Notes under the pieces: generated by a model
Database searches by the model: none
What the model saw: only the letters and a program-made list of their open reading frames with translations
What the model was told of the DNA's origin: nothing
Assembly (NCBI GenBank): GCA_963738405.1
Contig: CAVTWJ010000014.1
Coordinates: 32,001-96,000, forward strand
Direction: 5' to 3'
DNA: 64,000 nt
Origin: a candidate division FCPU426 bacterium
GTDB taxonomy: Bacteria; Oederibacteriota; Muellerivitia; Muellerivitales; Muellerivitaceae
Position numbers and translations under genes: made by a program
Part shown: piece by piece, positions 28,064 through 36,604 of the stretch
Numbering within the stretch: position 1 is the stretch's first letter
How the letters are laid out: each line of letters opens with the position of its first letter

Positions 28064-29668
28064 TCAGGCCTCTTCCACAAAATATTCCTCAGGTTCGTTT
28101 CCATCCCAAACCCAATCCACCAACTTCTCCATTTCATCTACCCACATCTCATTCGCGATGGCCACATTGACCACCCGCTCAACGATCTTTTGGGTTTCTT
28201 CAAGGTCTTTGGAGAGCTTATCGAGGCGTTTCAACGGAATAGCTTGCCATTCCGTAAACCGATAGCCCCCGTTATCCGTCCTTCCCTCATGGCAGTTACG
28301 AATGCTTTCAATGATCGCGATTCTGGTGTCTTTATTCAGCAGTTTAAATGCCGGATATACTTCTTTCGCCAATACGGGATCCAATTCCAACTTGATCGCC
28401 TTTTCGGCCACGGTCCCCTTCGGATCAAGCCCTAAAAGCCTTTCCAAAGCCCAGTAACCTTCAATCCAGGTACTGCATTTGGTTAGCCGATCAAGTTCGT
28501 TGAGAACCTTTATGGCTTCCCAAACATCGATGGTGGGGAAAACTGCGGCTGCTATCGTCGGCCGACCCAGTCGTTTGGCCGCTTCAAGTACGAGCGGGTC
28601 GTCAAACACCTCGTAATCATGGGCAGGATCGGCCTCCTTTTCCTCCTCTGAGAGGGTTCGAACCAGGATCTCCCTTTCGTAACTAGTTGCCTGCATGGAA
28701 AGGACCTTCCGCTGAAGTTCTTCAGGGGTAAAGTCCTTGTAGGGAGTGTAGGGATTTACGCTGACACGCGAGGTGTCGATTCTTATGTGTTTAACTTGGT
28801 CATATTTCTTTATTCCAGGAACAAACCCCTTCGGGGCTTTACCCTTGGGTTCCTTGACTGTTTCGTAATCCTCCAGCCGATTCCCCTCCTTGACCCATTT
28901 GACCAACCCTTTGGCCTGGGCTTCGGTCATTTGCACCTTCCGGGCTAGGCTCAACGCCCTGGCGATGAGGTCCCGGTCTTCCGGGGAGGTTTTGGAGACC
29001 CCGTCCAGCCCCAGCATGGCGTAGGCGACTTTCTCTGGAAAATCCCACAAATTCGCATCTGTTATGCCTGGTTCATAAGGTGTTTCGTTTCTAAGGGTTT
29101 TTGGGGCATTCACGGGAACCCCATAAATGGCCTCTTTGGCCTTGTCATTCAAGAAATCCATCAGCCTTAGTATTCGGCTAACGGTTGTCTGGTCTATTCC
29201 TAGTTGGGCCGCTATCTTCTCCTGGCTAACGCCCGGTTGGAACCGTTGGATGTCCTCTATGCCTTGGTACCGGTCCAGCCAATGAGGGTTCTCTTCCTCG
29301 TTATCCATGAATGCTTCCAAAAGAATCTGGGCTGGCGTGAGGTCGTAATCCAGGGCATCCAGGGTCGCCCAACCGAGCCGCTGGGCCGCCTCAAGCCTTA
29401 AATGGCCGCCTACGACCCCATGCTCATAGGGGCAGACACCCCCTAGGTCTTTGGCGATCTCAGCCTTTTCGGCCTCGGAAAGGGTCCAGGTCTTGATGGG
29501 CGTTTTTTGGCCAATTGACCGCATGGAATTCATCTTGGCCTCGACAGCGCCGGGCTTTTTGAACTTGCGGGGGTTCTTGGGGTTGGGCCAGAGTTTCCCG
29601 ATGGGGATTCTCATGAACCGGGGGGTGGGACGGTTCTCAGATGGATTGGCAGACGTTTCAACGGACAT
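28064..29668 (-). CDS. ParB/Srx-domain protein with an internal tandem duplication
   Basis: PNPKNPRK, GGHLRLEAA and HTH SQEKIAAQLGIDQTTVSR; second homologous half; GGAGG RBS. Confidence 0.85.
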   Translation of the reverse strand: MSVETSANPSENRPTPRFMRIPIGKLWPNPKNPRKFKKPGAVEAKMNSMRSIGQKTPIKTWTLSEAEKAEIAKDLGGVCPYEHGVVGGHLRLEAAQRLGWATLDALDYDLTPAQILLEAFMDNEEENPHWLDRYQGIEDIQRFQPGVSQEKIAAQLGIDQTTVSRILRLMDFLNDKAKEAIYGVPVNAPKTLRNETPYEPGITDANLWDFPEKVAYAMLGLDGVSKTSPEDRDLIARALSLARKVQMTEAQAKGLVKWVKEGNRLEDYETVKEPKGKAPKGFVPGIKKYDQVKHIRIDTSRVSVNPYTPYKDFTPEELQRKVLSMQATSYEREILVRTLSEEEKEADPAHDYEVFDDPLVLEAAKRLGRPTIAAAVFPTIDVWEAIKVLNELDRLTKCSTWIEGYWALERLLGLDPKGTVAEKAIKLELDPVLAKEVYPAFKLLNKDTRIAIIESIRNCHEGRTDNGGYRFTEWQAIPLKRLDKLSKDLEETQKIVERVVNVAIANEMWVDEMEKLVDWVWDGNEPEEYFVEEA

Positions 29669-29798
29669 GAGGACACCTCCCAAATGAATTGAATGCTCCC
29701 CTTGTTTTGGGAATCGTAATTTTAGTTTTTATTCATTTCAAGAAAAAAGCGGGAGGTAGATCAGTTTCACAAGGACAGAAAAGCAACAGTTTTTTCGA

Positions 29799-30092
29799 TT
29801 AGGCGGGTTTGGCCAAGATAGGCTTCTTCTTGTGATGAATTTTCTGAGCTTGGGACAAATCATAATTCTTTTGGAGATTCAGCCACAGATCGGGAGTTGT
29901 TCCCAAAACATCCGCTAAGGAAAGGGCGGCTTCGGGGGTAACCCCCCTTCTCCCGTGGATAATTTCGTTCACCTTGGCATGTGACCACCCCAGGTGCAGA
30001 GCGAAAGCGTTTTGGGAAACGCCCATAGGTTTCAGGAAATCTTCGCTCAAAATTTCACCAGGATGGGTTGGGAGCTTCGATTTCGTTAACAT
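29799..30092 (-). CDS. higA: HigA-family addiction module antitoxin
   Basis: THPGEILSEDFL, VNEIIHGRRGVT, WLNLQ..YDL. Confidence 0.93.
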   Translation of the reverse strand: MLTKSKLPTHPGEILSEDFLKPMGVSQNAFALHLGWSHAKVNEIIHGRRGVTPEAALSLADVLGTTPDLWLNLQKNYDLSQAQKIHHKKKPILAKPA

Positions 30093-30133
30093 TTCGTTTT
30101 TCTCCAATAGAGAGACACTGCTTTCATTCCATT

Positions 30134-30565
30134 TCAAAGCCCTAACTTTTTAAGAAGCTGGGCCGTCGTGTACCATTCGACACCGGTTCCTTCAAAATCG
30201 CCGTCGTTGGACCATAGGGGTATTTCCAATTCTAAAGCCAAGGCCAATAAATCCACATCGTCGGGGTCTCTTTTTCCAATTTTCCGCCGGGCAATTGCCA
30301 ACGAACCCTGATATTCCCTTAAGTTAAATTCCCGGACAGCCAAAAGTTGAAACTGGCTTTCCAAAAGTTCCACGGCCATTTCATATTTCTCGGCCATGAC
30401 CGGAAGGTATTCCCGTACTTCTTTGATGTTTAAGGATGTTGAAACGACTTCGAGGGAGGATTGTTTAAAGACTTTAAGAGCGGCACGGCCTACGACAGCG
30501 GACAGAAGGACGTTAGCGTCCGCCGCGATTCGACCGGCGGCCTTTTCTCCATTTTTCAAAATCAT
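30134..30565 (-). CDS. PIN-domain toxin; start codon uncertain
   Basis: ADANVLLSA, RDPDDVDLLALA, LWSNDGDF. Confidence 0.9.
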   Translation of the reverse strand: MILKNGEKAAGRIAADANVLLSAVVGRAALKVFKQSSLEVVSTSLNIKEVREYLPVMAEKYEMAVELLESQFQLLAVREFNLREYQGSLAIARRKIGKRDPDDVDLLALALELEIPLWSNDGDFEGTGVEWYTTAQLLKKLGL

Positions 30566-30791
30566 TGATAACCGTCCGCTCGCTGACGCCTGATTTTTTT
30601 AAGTGGCTCGATATAGCCAAGCCCAGGTTGGTTAAAAGTTCCTTACGCAATTCCAAGGGAAGTTCCTGGGATTTGGACATTGGAACCAATAGGCTGGCAA
30701 CCTTGCCGTGCTTAGTAACAAACACAAGATCATTTCCGCTCAAATATTCCGGAGCATTATCCCTAAATTCTCTAACTCCCGCGACTCGCAT
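30513..30791 (-). CDS. Phd/YefM-like antitoxin
   Basis: GVREFRDN..VFVTKHGK..LVP; overlaps the PIN gene. Confidence 0.85.
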   Translation of the reverse strand: MRVAGVREFRDNAPEYLSGNDLVFVTKHGKVASLLVPMSKSQELPLELRKELLTNLGLAISSHLKKSGVSERTVINDFEKWRKGRRSNRGGR

Positions 30792-30865
30792 GACTACTCC
30801 TATTCAAACAACTTTGCTTTTTCTTCTCTCTTAAATATCCAACCTTCTTCAAATTATGTCAATAG

Positions 30866-30877
30866 TTGTGTACACAA
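30866..30877. promoter_or_regulatory. Palindromic operator upstream of the Phd-like antitoxin
   Basis: Perfect palindrome TTGTGTACACAA next to a minus-strand TTGACA; core matches the TGTACA/GTGTACAC operators known for YefM and Phd. Confidence 0.65.
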
Positions 30878-30890
30878 TAATTTAACTGCT

Positions 30891-31352
30891 TCAGCCAAAC
30901 GGCGGTGCTTGAGCCTCCGCGATTTCCTTGATCATCACCACCGCGTCTTCCTGGTTGTCGCTGTAATATTTTTTGCGGATGGCCACCATACGGAACCCGC
31001 ACTTTTCATAAAGCCTTCGGCCCGCCCCGTTACTATCCCTCACTTCCAACGTGGCCAAGCGGGCGCCCTTTTGGGCGGCATAGGCCAAGAAATGATCCAT
31101 CATTCTCTTCCCCAATCCCCGGTTGCGAAACGAGGGTGAAATAGCCAGGGTGATAATGTGGGCTTCTTCGGGCGCTTCCCAATAGCCGATATACCCGGCC
31201 AAGATTCCATCTTCCTCAATAACGAAGTAGTTTGCTTGGGTGCGTTTCAATTCCTCTTCAAAAAGTTCTTTGGACCAGGGCGAGGGCATGGAGGCTTTTT
31301 CAATGTCAACAACTCGATCCAGGTCGGCCAAGTTCATGGGTCGGAAGATCAT
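30891..31352 (-). CDS. rimI: Ribosomal protein S18 alanine N-acetyltransferase
   Basis: IEKAS..PWS, RNRGLG, LEVRDSN, RKKYY..EDA. Confidence 0.93.
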   Translation of the reverse strand: MIFRPMNLADLDRVVDIEKASMPSPWSKELFEEELKRTQANYFVIEEDGILAGYIGYWEAPEEAHIITLAISPSFRNRGLGKRMMDHFLAYAAQKGARLATLEVRDSNGAGRRLYEKCGFRMVAIRKKYYSDNQEDAVVMIKEIAEAQAPPFG

Positions 31353-32044
31353 GGGGCGGGCTTTTTCTCATCCACGGCGGGGGGCCTGAGATAGAGGGGT
31401 TTCAACTGATCCAATGTGGGGCGAGAGCCCGCCTGCCATTGACGGTAGGCAATACGGGCGATGCTCATGGCGCTGGGCTGGTGCTGGGCGTTGAAGGCGA
31501 AAAGCCCCCTTGTACCCAGGCTTTCGCGGAGCAACTTCTCATACTTCAAGGCACCCGGCCCGACGATCCATGCCCTTTCCTGGATGATAGAATCCAGCCG
31601 GTCGATGGCTAAGATTTGAGGCGGGGTGACGGCCCTAAAACCCTCCTCTTCAATATGGTAATGCCCCACGAAACATTCGCCCCTTTGGGCATCTACCAGG
31701 CAAAGGGCTTCGCCTTTCAATCCCGCGGCGAGCAGGTTTTCGGCCAGGCCGTCCAGCGTGGGAATGCCAAAGGCCAGCAGGTTGGAGGGCAGACACAGGC
31801 CCTCGGCGGTCGCGATGCCGACCCTGATTCCGGTAAAACTTCCGGGGCCGATGGATACTGCCACCGCCGACAGGTCCTGGGCGGTGAGGTCTCTTTCTTT
31901 CAAAAGTGTTTCCATGGCGGGAATAAGAGTAACCGAGCTTTCCCAATCCGCCGGGAGGTGGCAAAGGGAAAGTTCCTCGCCGGTGATGATATCCAGCAGG
32001 GCGACGCTTGAGATTCGAGTGGAGACTTCTATAGCGGCCAGCAA
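31349..32044 (-). CDS. tsaB: tRNA threonylcarbamoyladenosine biosynthesis protein TsaB
   Basis: GPGSFTGIRVG, DAQRGE, PLYLR. Confidence 0.93.
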   Translation of the reverse strand: MLAAIEVSTRISSVALLDIITGEELSLCHLPADWESSVTLIPAMETLLKERDLTAQDLSAVAVSIGPGSFTGIRVGIATAEGLCLPSNLLAFGIPTLDGLAENLLAAGLKGEALCLVDAQRGECFVGHYHIEEEGFRAVTPPQILAIDRLDSIIQERAWIVGPGALKYEKLLRESLGTRGLFAFNAQHQPSAMSIARIAYRQWQAGSRPTLDQLKPLYLRPPAVDEKKPAP

Positions 32045-32502
32045 CGCACCAGCTCCTCTATTCGGGGAATTGTTTCGGGTTGATCGGCTTCCACAATGAT
32101 ACGGCGGCTTTGGGAACCCAGGGCCTCAAATAAAACCTTCACCGTATTGGGCGGCAGCAGATGTGGATATTTGTCGCCCCATTCCACCGCCACCACCCCG
32201 CCCCGTTCTATCCATTCGCTAAACCCCAGGTCCTCGACTTCGCGCGCCTGCTCCAACCGGTACCAGTCGAAATGATAAAGGGGCATACGGCCCTGGTAGA
32301 TGTGCTGAAGAGTGTAGGTGGGGGAAGTGACGGTATTTTGAACGCCCAGGCCTTGGGCAAAACCCTTAACCCACAGGGTCTTCCCCGCGCCTAAGGGCCC
32401 GGACAAGCTCCACACCTCGCCGGGCATGGCCTTTTCGCCCAAGAGACGGCCCAATTGTCCGGTTTGTTCGGGGGATTCGCACATAAAACTGGAAGTCAGC
32501 AA
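32029..32502 (-). CDS. tsaE: tRNA threonylcarbamoyladenosine biosynthesis ATPase TsaE; start approximate
   Basis: LSGPLGAGKT, VTSPTY, HFDWYRL, VEW. Confidence 0.93.
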   Translation of the reverse strand: MLTSSFMCESPEQTGQLGRLLGEKAMPGEVWSLSGPLGAGKTLWVKGFAQGLGVQNTVTSPTYTLQHIYQGRMPLYHFDWYRLEQAREVEDLGFSEWIERGGVVAVEWGDKYPHLLPPNTVKVLFEALGSQSRRIIVEADQPETIPRIEELVRCWPL

Positions 32503-32545
32503 GTTGAGGAGTCCTTCGTTTTGGTTTCCAAAAACAACAATTTTT

Positions 32546-32641
32546 ACCACCAAGACACCAAGTCACCAAGAAAAGCAAAAAAGATTTTTAGTTTTACGGA
32601 TTTTTATTACGTCTTACTTGGTGTCTTCGTGCCTTGGTGGT
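32546..32641. repeat. Hairpin element with CACCAAGA-like arms, copy 2 (inverted relative to copy 1)
   Basis: ACCACCAAGACACCAAGTCACCAAG ... CTTGGTGTCTTCGTGCCTTGGTGGT. Confidence 0.85.
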
Positions 32642-32655
32642 GAATAATTTGACGT

Positions 32656-33714
32656 TTATTTATCTTTTGCGAAATGGTCGTAACCCTGCTTCTTCAAGGG
32701 GGTTCTTTTGCCGTCTTTGGAAATAAGGGTAATGCCCTTGGCCTTGGGAACCATGCGCCCGATGGACTTTACCATGACCCCGGTGGAACCAGGCAGTTGA
32801 ACCGCCTTGGAGATCTTGGGGATCGGCACGGTGAACAAAAGTTCATAGTCTTCCCCGCCGGACAAAGCGAAGGTTAGGGGGTCCAATTCCCTCTCGCCGC
32901 AGAAATGGATCAAGGAAGGCGAAAGAGGAATGGCTTCTTCATGGATTTCGGCGCCTACTCCCGACTCTTCGCAGAGATGGTAAATTTCGCTGGAGAGCCC
33001 GTCGGAAATATCAATGGCCGCGCTGGCGATGGAATCCGCGACCAGGGCGCGGCCCACGTTGAACCGGGGCACGGGGCATAAATGACGCTTAATGAGGAGC
33101 GATTCTGTTTCTTTTCCCTTGGGGGAGGGTTTTTGTAAGGCATACAACCCCGCGGCGGAATCGCCCAGAGAACCCGTCACAAATAGGGCGTCGCCCGCCT
33201 TGGCGCGGGAACGGCGCAGGGCCCTTCCCTTCTCAACCTCGCCCACCAAAGCCACATTCACCACGAACTTGTCGCTTGAAACCGTATCGCCCCCCACCAC
33301 TTGGGCGCCGTAGGATTCACCCCACTCGTTCAAGCCCTCGTAAAAGGCTTCTATGTCTTTCACCGGGAAATCTTTGGGAACGCCCAGTGAAACCACCGCC
33401 ACCGTGGGTTTCGCCCCCATGGCCGCGCAGTCGCTGATATTGACCGCCATGGTCTTGGCCCCCAACTGCCAGGGGGAAATAGTTTTGAAGTCGAAATGTT
33501 TTCCTTCGACCAACATGTCGGTGGTGATGACCATCTCATGGCCCGCAGTGGACTTGAATAAGGCGGCGTCATCCCCGATGCCCATGAGAATGTTGGGATT
33601 GTTCGATTTCACGGCGGATTTGATCTTTTCGATCAAGCCGAATTCGCCCAGATCGCTCAGGGTTGGTTTTTTACCGTTGCCGGAAGCTGGTTTTTTACGT
33701 GGTGTATCGGCCAT
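32656..33714 (-). CDS. thiL: Thiamine-monophosphate kinase
   Basis: GEFGLI, GIGDDAA, NISDCAAMG, GGDT, DISDGL, GGEDYEL, GYDHF. Confidence 0.96.
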   Translation of the reverse strand: MADTPRKKPASGNGKKPTLSDLGEFGLIEKIKSAVKSNNPNILMGIGDDAALFKSTAGHEMVITTDMLVEGKHFDFKTISPWQLGAKTMAVNISDCAAMGAKPTVAVVSLGVPKDFPVKDIEAFYEGLNEWGESYGAQVVGGDTVSSDKFVVNVALVGEVEKGRALRRSRAKAGDALFVTGSLGDSAAGLYALQKPSPKGKETESLLIKRHLCPVPRFNVGRALVADSIASAAIDISDGLSSEIYHLCEESGVGAEIHEEAIPLSPSLIHFCGERELDPLTFALSGGEDYELLFTVPIPKISKAVQLPGSTGVMVKSIGRMVPKAKGITLISKDGKRTPLKKQGYDHFAKDK

Positions 33715-34894
33715 TGATATCGATGTAACCATCCGTCAGGTCGCAGGTATAGACGGTGGTTTTCCCCTTTCCTAGTCTCAAGTCCACCGTGATGTCGATG
33801 TCCTTTTGCTGCAGAATCTTTTTCAGTTTCTCGCGCGACCAAACAACTTTTTTTCCGCCATCGTAGAGCCGGTAGCCCCCGATGGTCACGGATGTCTTAA
33901 ATTCATCAACCGCCGCTCCTGAATAGCCTACCGCCGCCAGGACCCTTCCCCAGTTGGGGTCGGCGCCAAAGAGCGCGGTTTTAACCAGGGGGGATTTGGC
34001 GACCGTCATAGAGGCTTTGAGAGCGTCCGAATCGTTCTTGGCGCCTTGGACGGTGATAGAAACAAATTTGGTGGCCCCTTCGCCATCCCGCACGATGTCT
34101 TTTGCCAGCTCCAGGCATACGGATTTCAGGGCCTCGACGAAAATTTTGTAATCTTTCGAACCTGCAAGAACAGGTTTGTTGCGGCAGGCGCCGTTGGCCA
34201 AAAGAACCACGGAGTCGTTGGTCGAAACATCGCCATCCACGGTGATGCGGTGGAAACTTTCCTTCACGGCTTCACGCAGGGCCTGATTGAGAACGGGCTT
34301 TGAAATATTCACATCCGTCAGAAGGTAAACCAGCATGGTGGCCATGTTGGGATGGATCATGCCCGAACCCTTGGCGATGCCGGTGAGCCAGGCATGTTTT
34401 CCCCCAACGATAAGGGGCAAGGCTTTGAATTTGGGAAAGGTATCGGTGGTCAGGATGGCGTTGGCGGCGTCCAGGCCCCCGCTTTTCGAAAGTTTCAAAA
34501 CCGCCTGGCGCAGGCCGGAAAGAATCTTAGGGAGTGGCAGGGGGATTCCGATGACCCCGGTGGAATGGACCAGAACGGAAGACGGGGCTATGGCTAGGAA
34601 TTTTGCGGCGGCTCCCGCCGTTTGGAGAACGTCTTTTTCACCCTGCTTCCCCGTGAGGGCATTGGCGTTTTTGGTATTCACCACAATCGCTTGGATAGGT
34701 TTACCACTTTTGAGTGCCTCTTCGGTGTGGCGCGCGGGAGCGGCTTTGACTTTATTGGTGGTCACCAGCCCCACGGTAACGGCGGGCAGGGTGGAACAAA
34801 TAAGCGCCATGTCCAGTTTTCCGCTGGACTTGAGCCCCGCGTGAATGCCGGAGGCGATAAAACCCGAAGGCAGGGGCAAATGTTTTAATGTCAT
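33695..34894 (-). CDS. argJ: Bifunctional ornithine acetyltransferase / N-acetylglutamate synthase
   Basis: STGVIG, TTDT, KGSGMIHPNMATML, DGEGATK, DPNWGR. Confidence 0.97.
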   Translation of the reverse strand: MTLKHLPLPSGFIASGIHAGLKSSGKLDMALICSTLPAVTVGLVTTNKVKAAPARHTEEALKSGKPIQAIVVNTKNANALTGKQGEKDVLQTAGAAAKFLAIAPSSVLVHSTGVIGIPLPLPKILSGLRQAVLKLSKSGGLDAANAILTTDTFPKFKALPLIVGGKHAWLTGIAKGSGMIHPNMATMLVYLLTDVNISKPVLNQALREAVKESFHRITVDGDVSTNDSVVLLANGACRNKPVLAGSKDYKIFVEALKSVCLELAKDIVRDGEGATKFVSITVQGAKNDSDALKASMTVAKSPLVKTALFGADPNWGRVLAAVGYSGAAVDEFKTSVTIGGYRLYDGGKKVVWSREKLKKILQQKDIDITVDLRLGKGKTTVYTCDLTDGYIDINGRYTT

Positions 34895-34937
34895 AACCAG
34901 AATCCTTTGACAGGCCGCAATAAATATAAGCTTCAAA

Positions 34938-35051
34938 GCGGTCTGTCACCCCAAAGATTCCGTACCCAAAGGGTACTGTACCGCCCTCCTTGTTCATTTT
35001 TTTGAGGGGCGGCACGCAGGAATCGTGGGGATTCCAAAGTTGTCGTTCCGC
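34938..35051. ncRNA. Candidate structured RNA (three-way junction) in the argJ / HAD intergenic region
   Basis: Nested stems CCCCA-GATTCC/GGAATC-TGGGG, GTACCC/GGGTAC and CCGCCC/GGGCGG; no family recognised. Confidence 0.4.
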
Positions 35052-35125
35052 ACCGTTATACAAAAAAGCGAACCCTTTCGATACCCCTTCCTAGCCCGCA
35101 ATGGGCGTTCACCCGAACGGGTGCT

Positions 35126-35154
35126 TTGACAGGAAAGGTCGCTCCCCTTAACAT
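35126..35154 (+). promoter_or_regulatory. Sigma70-type promoter of the HAD gene
   Basis: TTGACA-17 bp-TAACAT. Confidence 0.7.
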
Positions 35155-35180
35155 TGGTCCGCTTTTCCAAGGAGGACGGG

Positions 35181-35849
35181 ATGCGTTGCAAAGGGGTTCA
35201 CCGGGAACTCAAAGGCGTTCTTTTCGATTTGGACGGAACCCTGATTGATTCCAAAAAAGACATCGCCTCGGCGGCCAACGCCGCGCGCCTCCACTTTGGC
35301 ATGGAGCCTCTGCCCCTGGAAACCGTCATGGGTTACATCGGCTGGGGCATCGAGCACTTGAACCAAAAAACCCTGGGCACGGAAGACCCGAAAAGGCTGG
35401 CGGAGGGCCTGGAAGTTTTGAAGGCCTACTACCGGGACCATTGCGTGGACCAAACGGTTATTTACCCGGGCGTCATGGAACTTTTGAAAAACCTGAAAGA
35501 CCGGGGAGTGAAAATGGGCCTGGTTTCCAACAAACCCCATGAGTTCACCTTGATCACCCTGGAAAAACTGGGGTTGGCGCCCTACTTCGTGGTGGCCCTG
35601 GGGGCCGATGTGGTGGCCAATAAAAAGCCCCACCCCGAACCTCTGTTATCGGCCCTGAAACAGATGGGGGTTTCGCCCGGTGAATCCGTCATGATCGGCG
35701 ACTCGCCGGTGGATGTGGAAGCCGCGCGGGCGGCGGGAATGCTGGTAGGAATCGTCAGCCACGGCTTCGTGGCAAAAGAATACTTGAACGCCTCGGACCC
35801 CGATTGGTTGGTGGATTCTTTGTTGGATTTTATCGAGATTCTGAATTAA
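35181..35849 (+). CDS. HAD-superfamily hydrolase, phosphoglycolate phosphatase-like
   Basis: FDLDGTL, SNK, KPHP, GDS..D; AAGGAGG RBS. Confidence 0.92.
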   Translation: MRCKGVHRELKGVLFDLDGTLIDSKKDIASAANAARLHFGMEPLPLETVMGYIGWGIEHLNQKTLGTEDPKRLAEGLEVLKAYYRDHCVDQTVIYPGVMELLKNLKDRGVKMGLVSNKPHEFTLITLEKLGLAPYFVVALGADVVANKKPHPEPLLSALKQMGVSPGESVMIGDSPVDVEAARAAGMLVGIVSHGFVAKEYLNASDPDWLVDSLLDFIEILN

Positions 35850-35888
35850 TCAGGCTTCCGTGACACCTTCCGCCCTTATAATTGCCCT

Positions 35889-36602
35889 ATGAAATGCCCC
35901 GAATGCGATTTGGAACAGCCGGAAAATACGGCCGTTTGCCCCAGCTGCGGTTTGAATTTCGCCATGTGGCGGGCCCATACCGGTGAACCTTTAACGCCGA
36001 CACCCATTCCGGAGGAAGAACCCGCCACTAGCGGGGAGGATAGGAGCCAGGCCGCATCCGAGGAGGAATCCCATCCCGAGGCCGAATCCAGCCCCGAAGA
36101 CCCCCCCGCGGAGGAGGTCCTCGACTCTTCTGCTAAACCCAAGGCTTTTAAATGGAGCCCTCTTTATTCCTTAGGCATCGGCCTATTGATCGCTTTGATA
36201 CTGGGAGTTTTCATTTTCTCCCGCCGCTCCCATAACCCCCTACCCAATCCCGCAAATGTGATCCCGGCCCCAACGGCACTATCCACTCCCGGCGATGCCA
36301 CCCCCATGAATTCGCTAATGGCCACCGGCACTCCAGGCCAAGCCGTGGATTCACCGACCCCTGAAAGCACCTCAACCCCCACTGAAATTCCTAAACCGAA
36401 AGAACCCACCGCCACCCCAGTTCCCCCGGTGGAATCTTCCTCATTGCCAAGCACTCCCACCGAAGCCCCATCACCTGTTCCAGCGGTTAATACGGCCGTA
36501 CCTGAGCCGGCAACCCCCACCCAAGCCTCCGGTCATAGCGACTTGCTTGAATCTTCGGGAGGACTCACCCTTTCCCTCCCGACCGCCATTCCAACCCCCT
36601 AG
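35889..36602 (+). CDS. Zinc-ribbon, single-TM protein with a Pro/Thr-rich tail
   Basis: CPEC..CPSC, acidic linker, one TM helix, PT-rich C-terminus. Confidence 0.75.
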   Translation: MKCPECDLEQPENTAVCPSCGLNFAMWRAHTGEPLTPTPIPEEEPATSGEDRSQAASEEESHPEAESSPEDPPAEEVLDSSAKPKAFKWSPLYSLGIGLLIALILGVFIFSRRSHNPLPNPANVIPAPTALSTPGDATPMNSLMATGTPGQAVDSPTPESTSTPTEIPKPKEPTATPVPPVESSSLPSTPTEAPSPVPAVNTAVPEPATPTQASGHSDLLESSGGLTLSLPTAIPTP

Positions 36603-36604
36603 CC

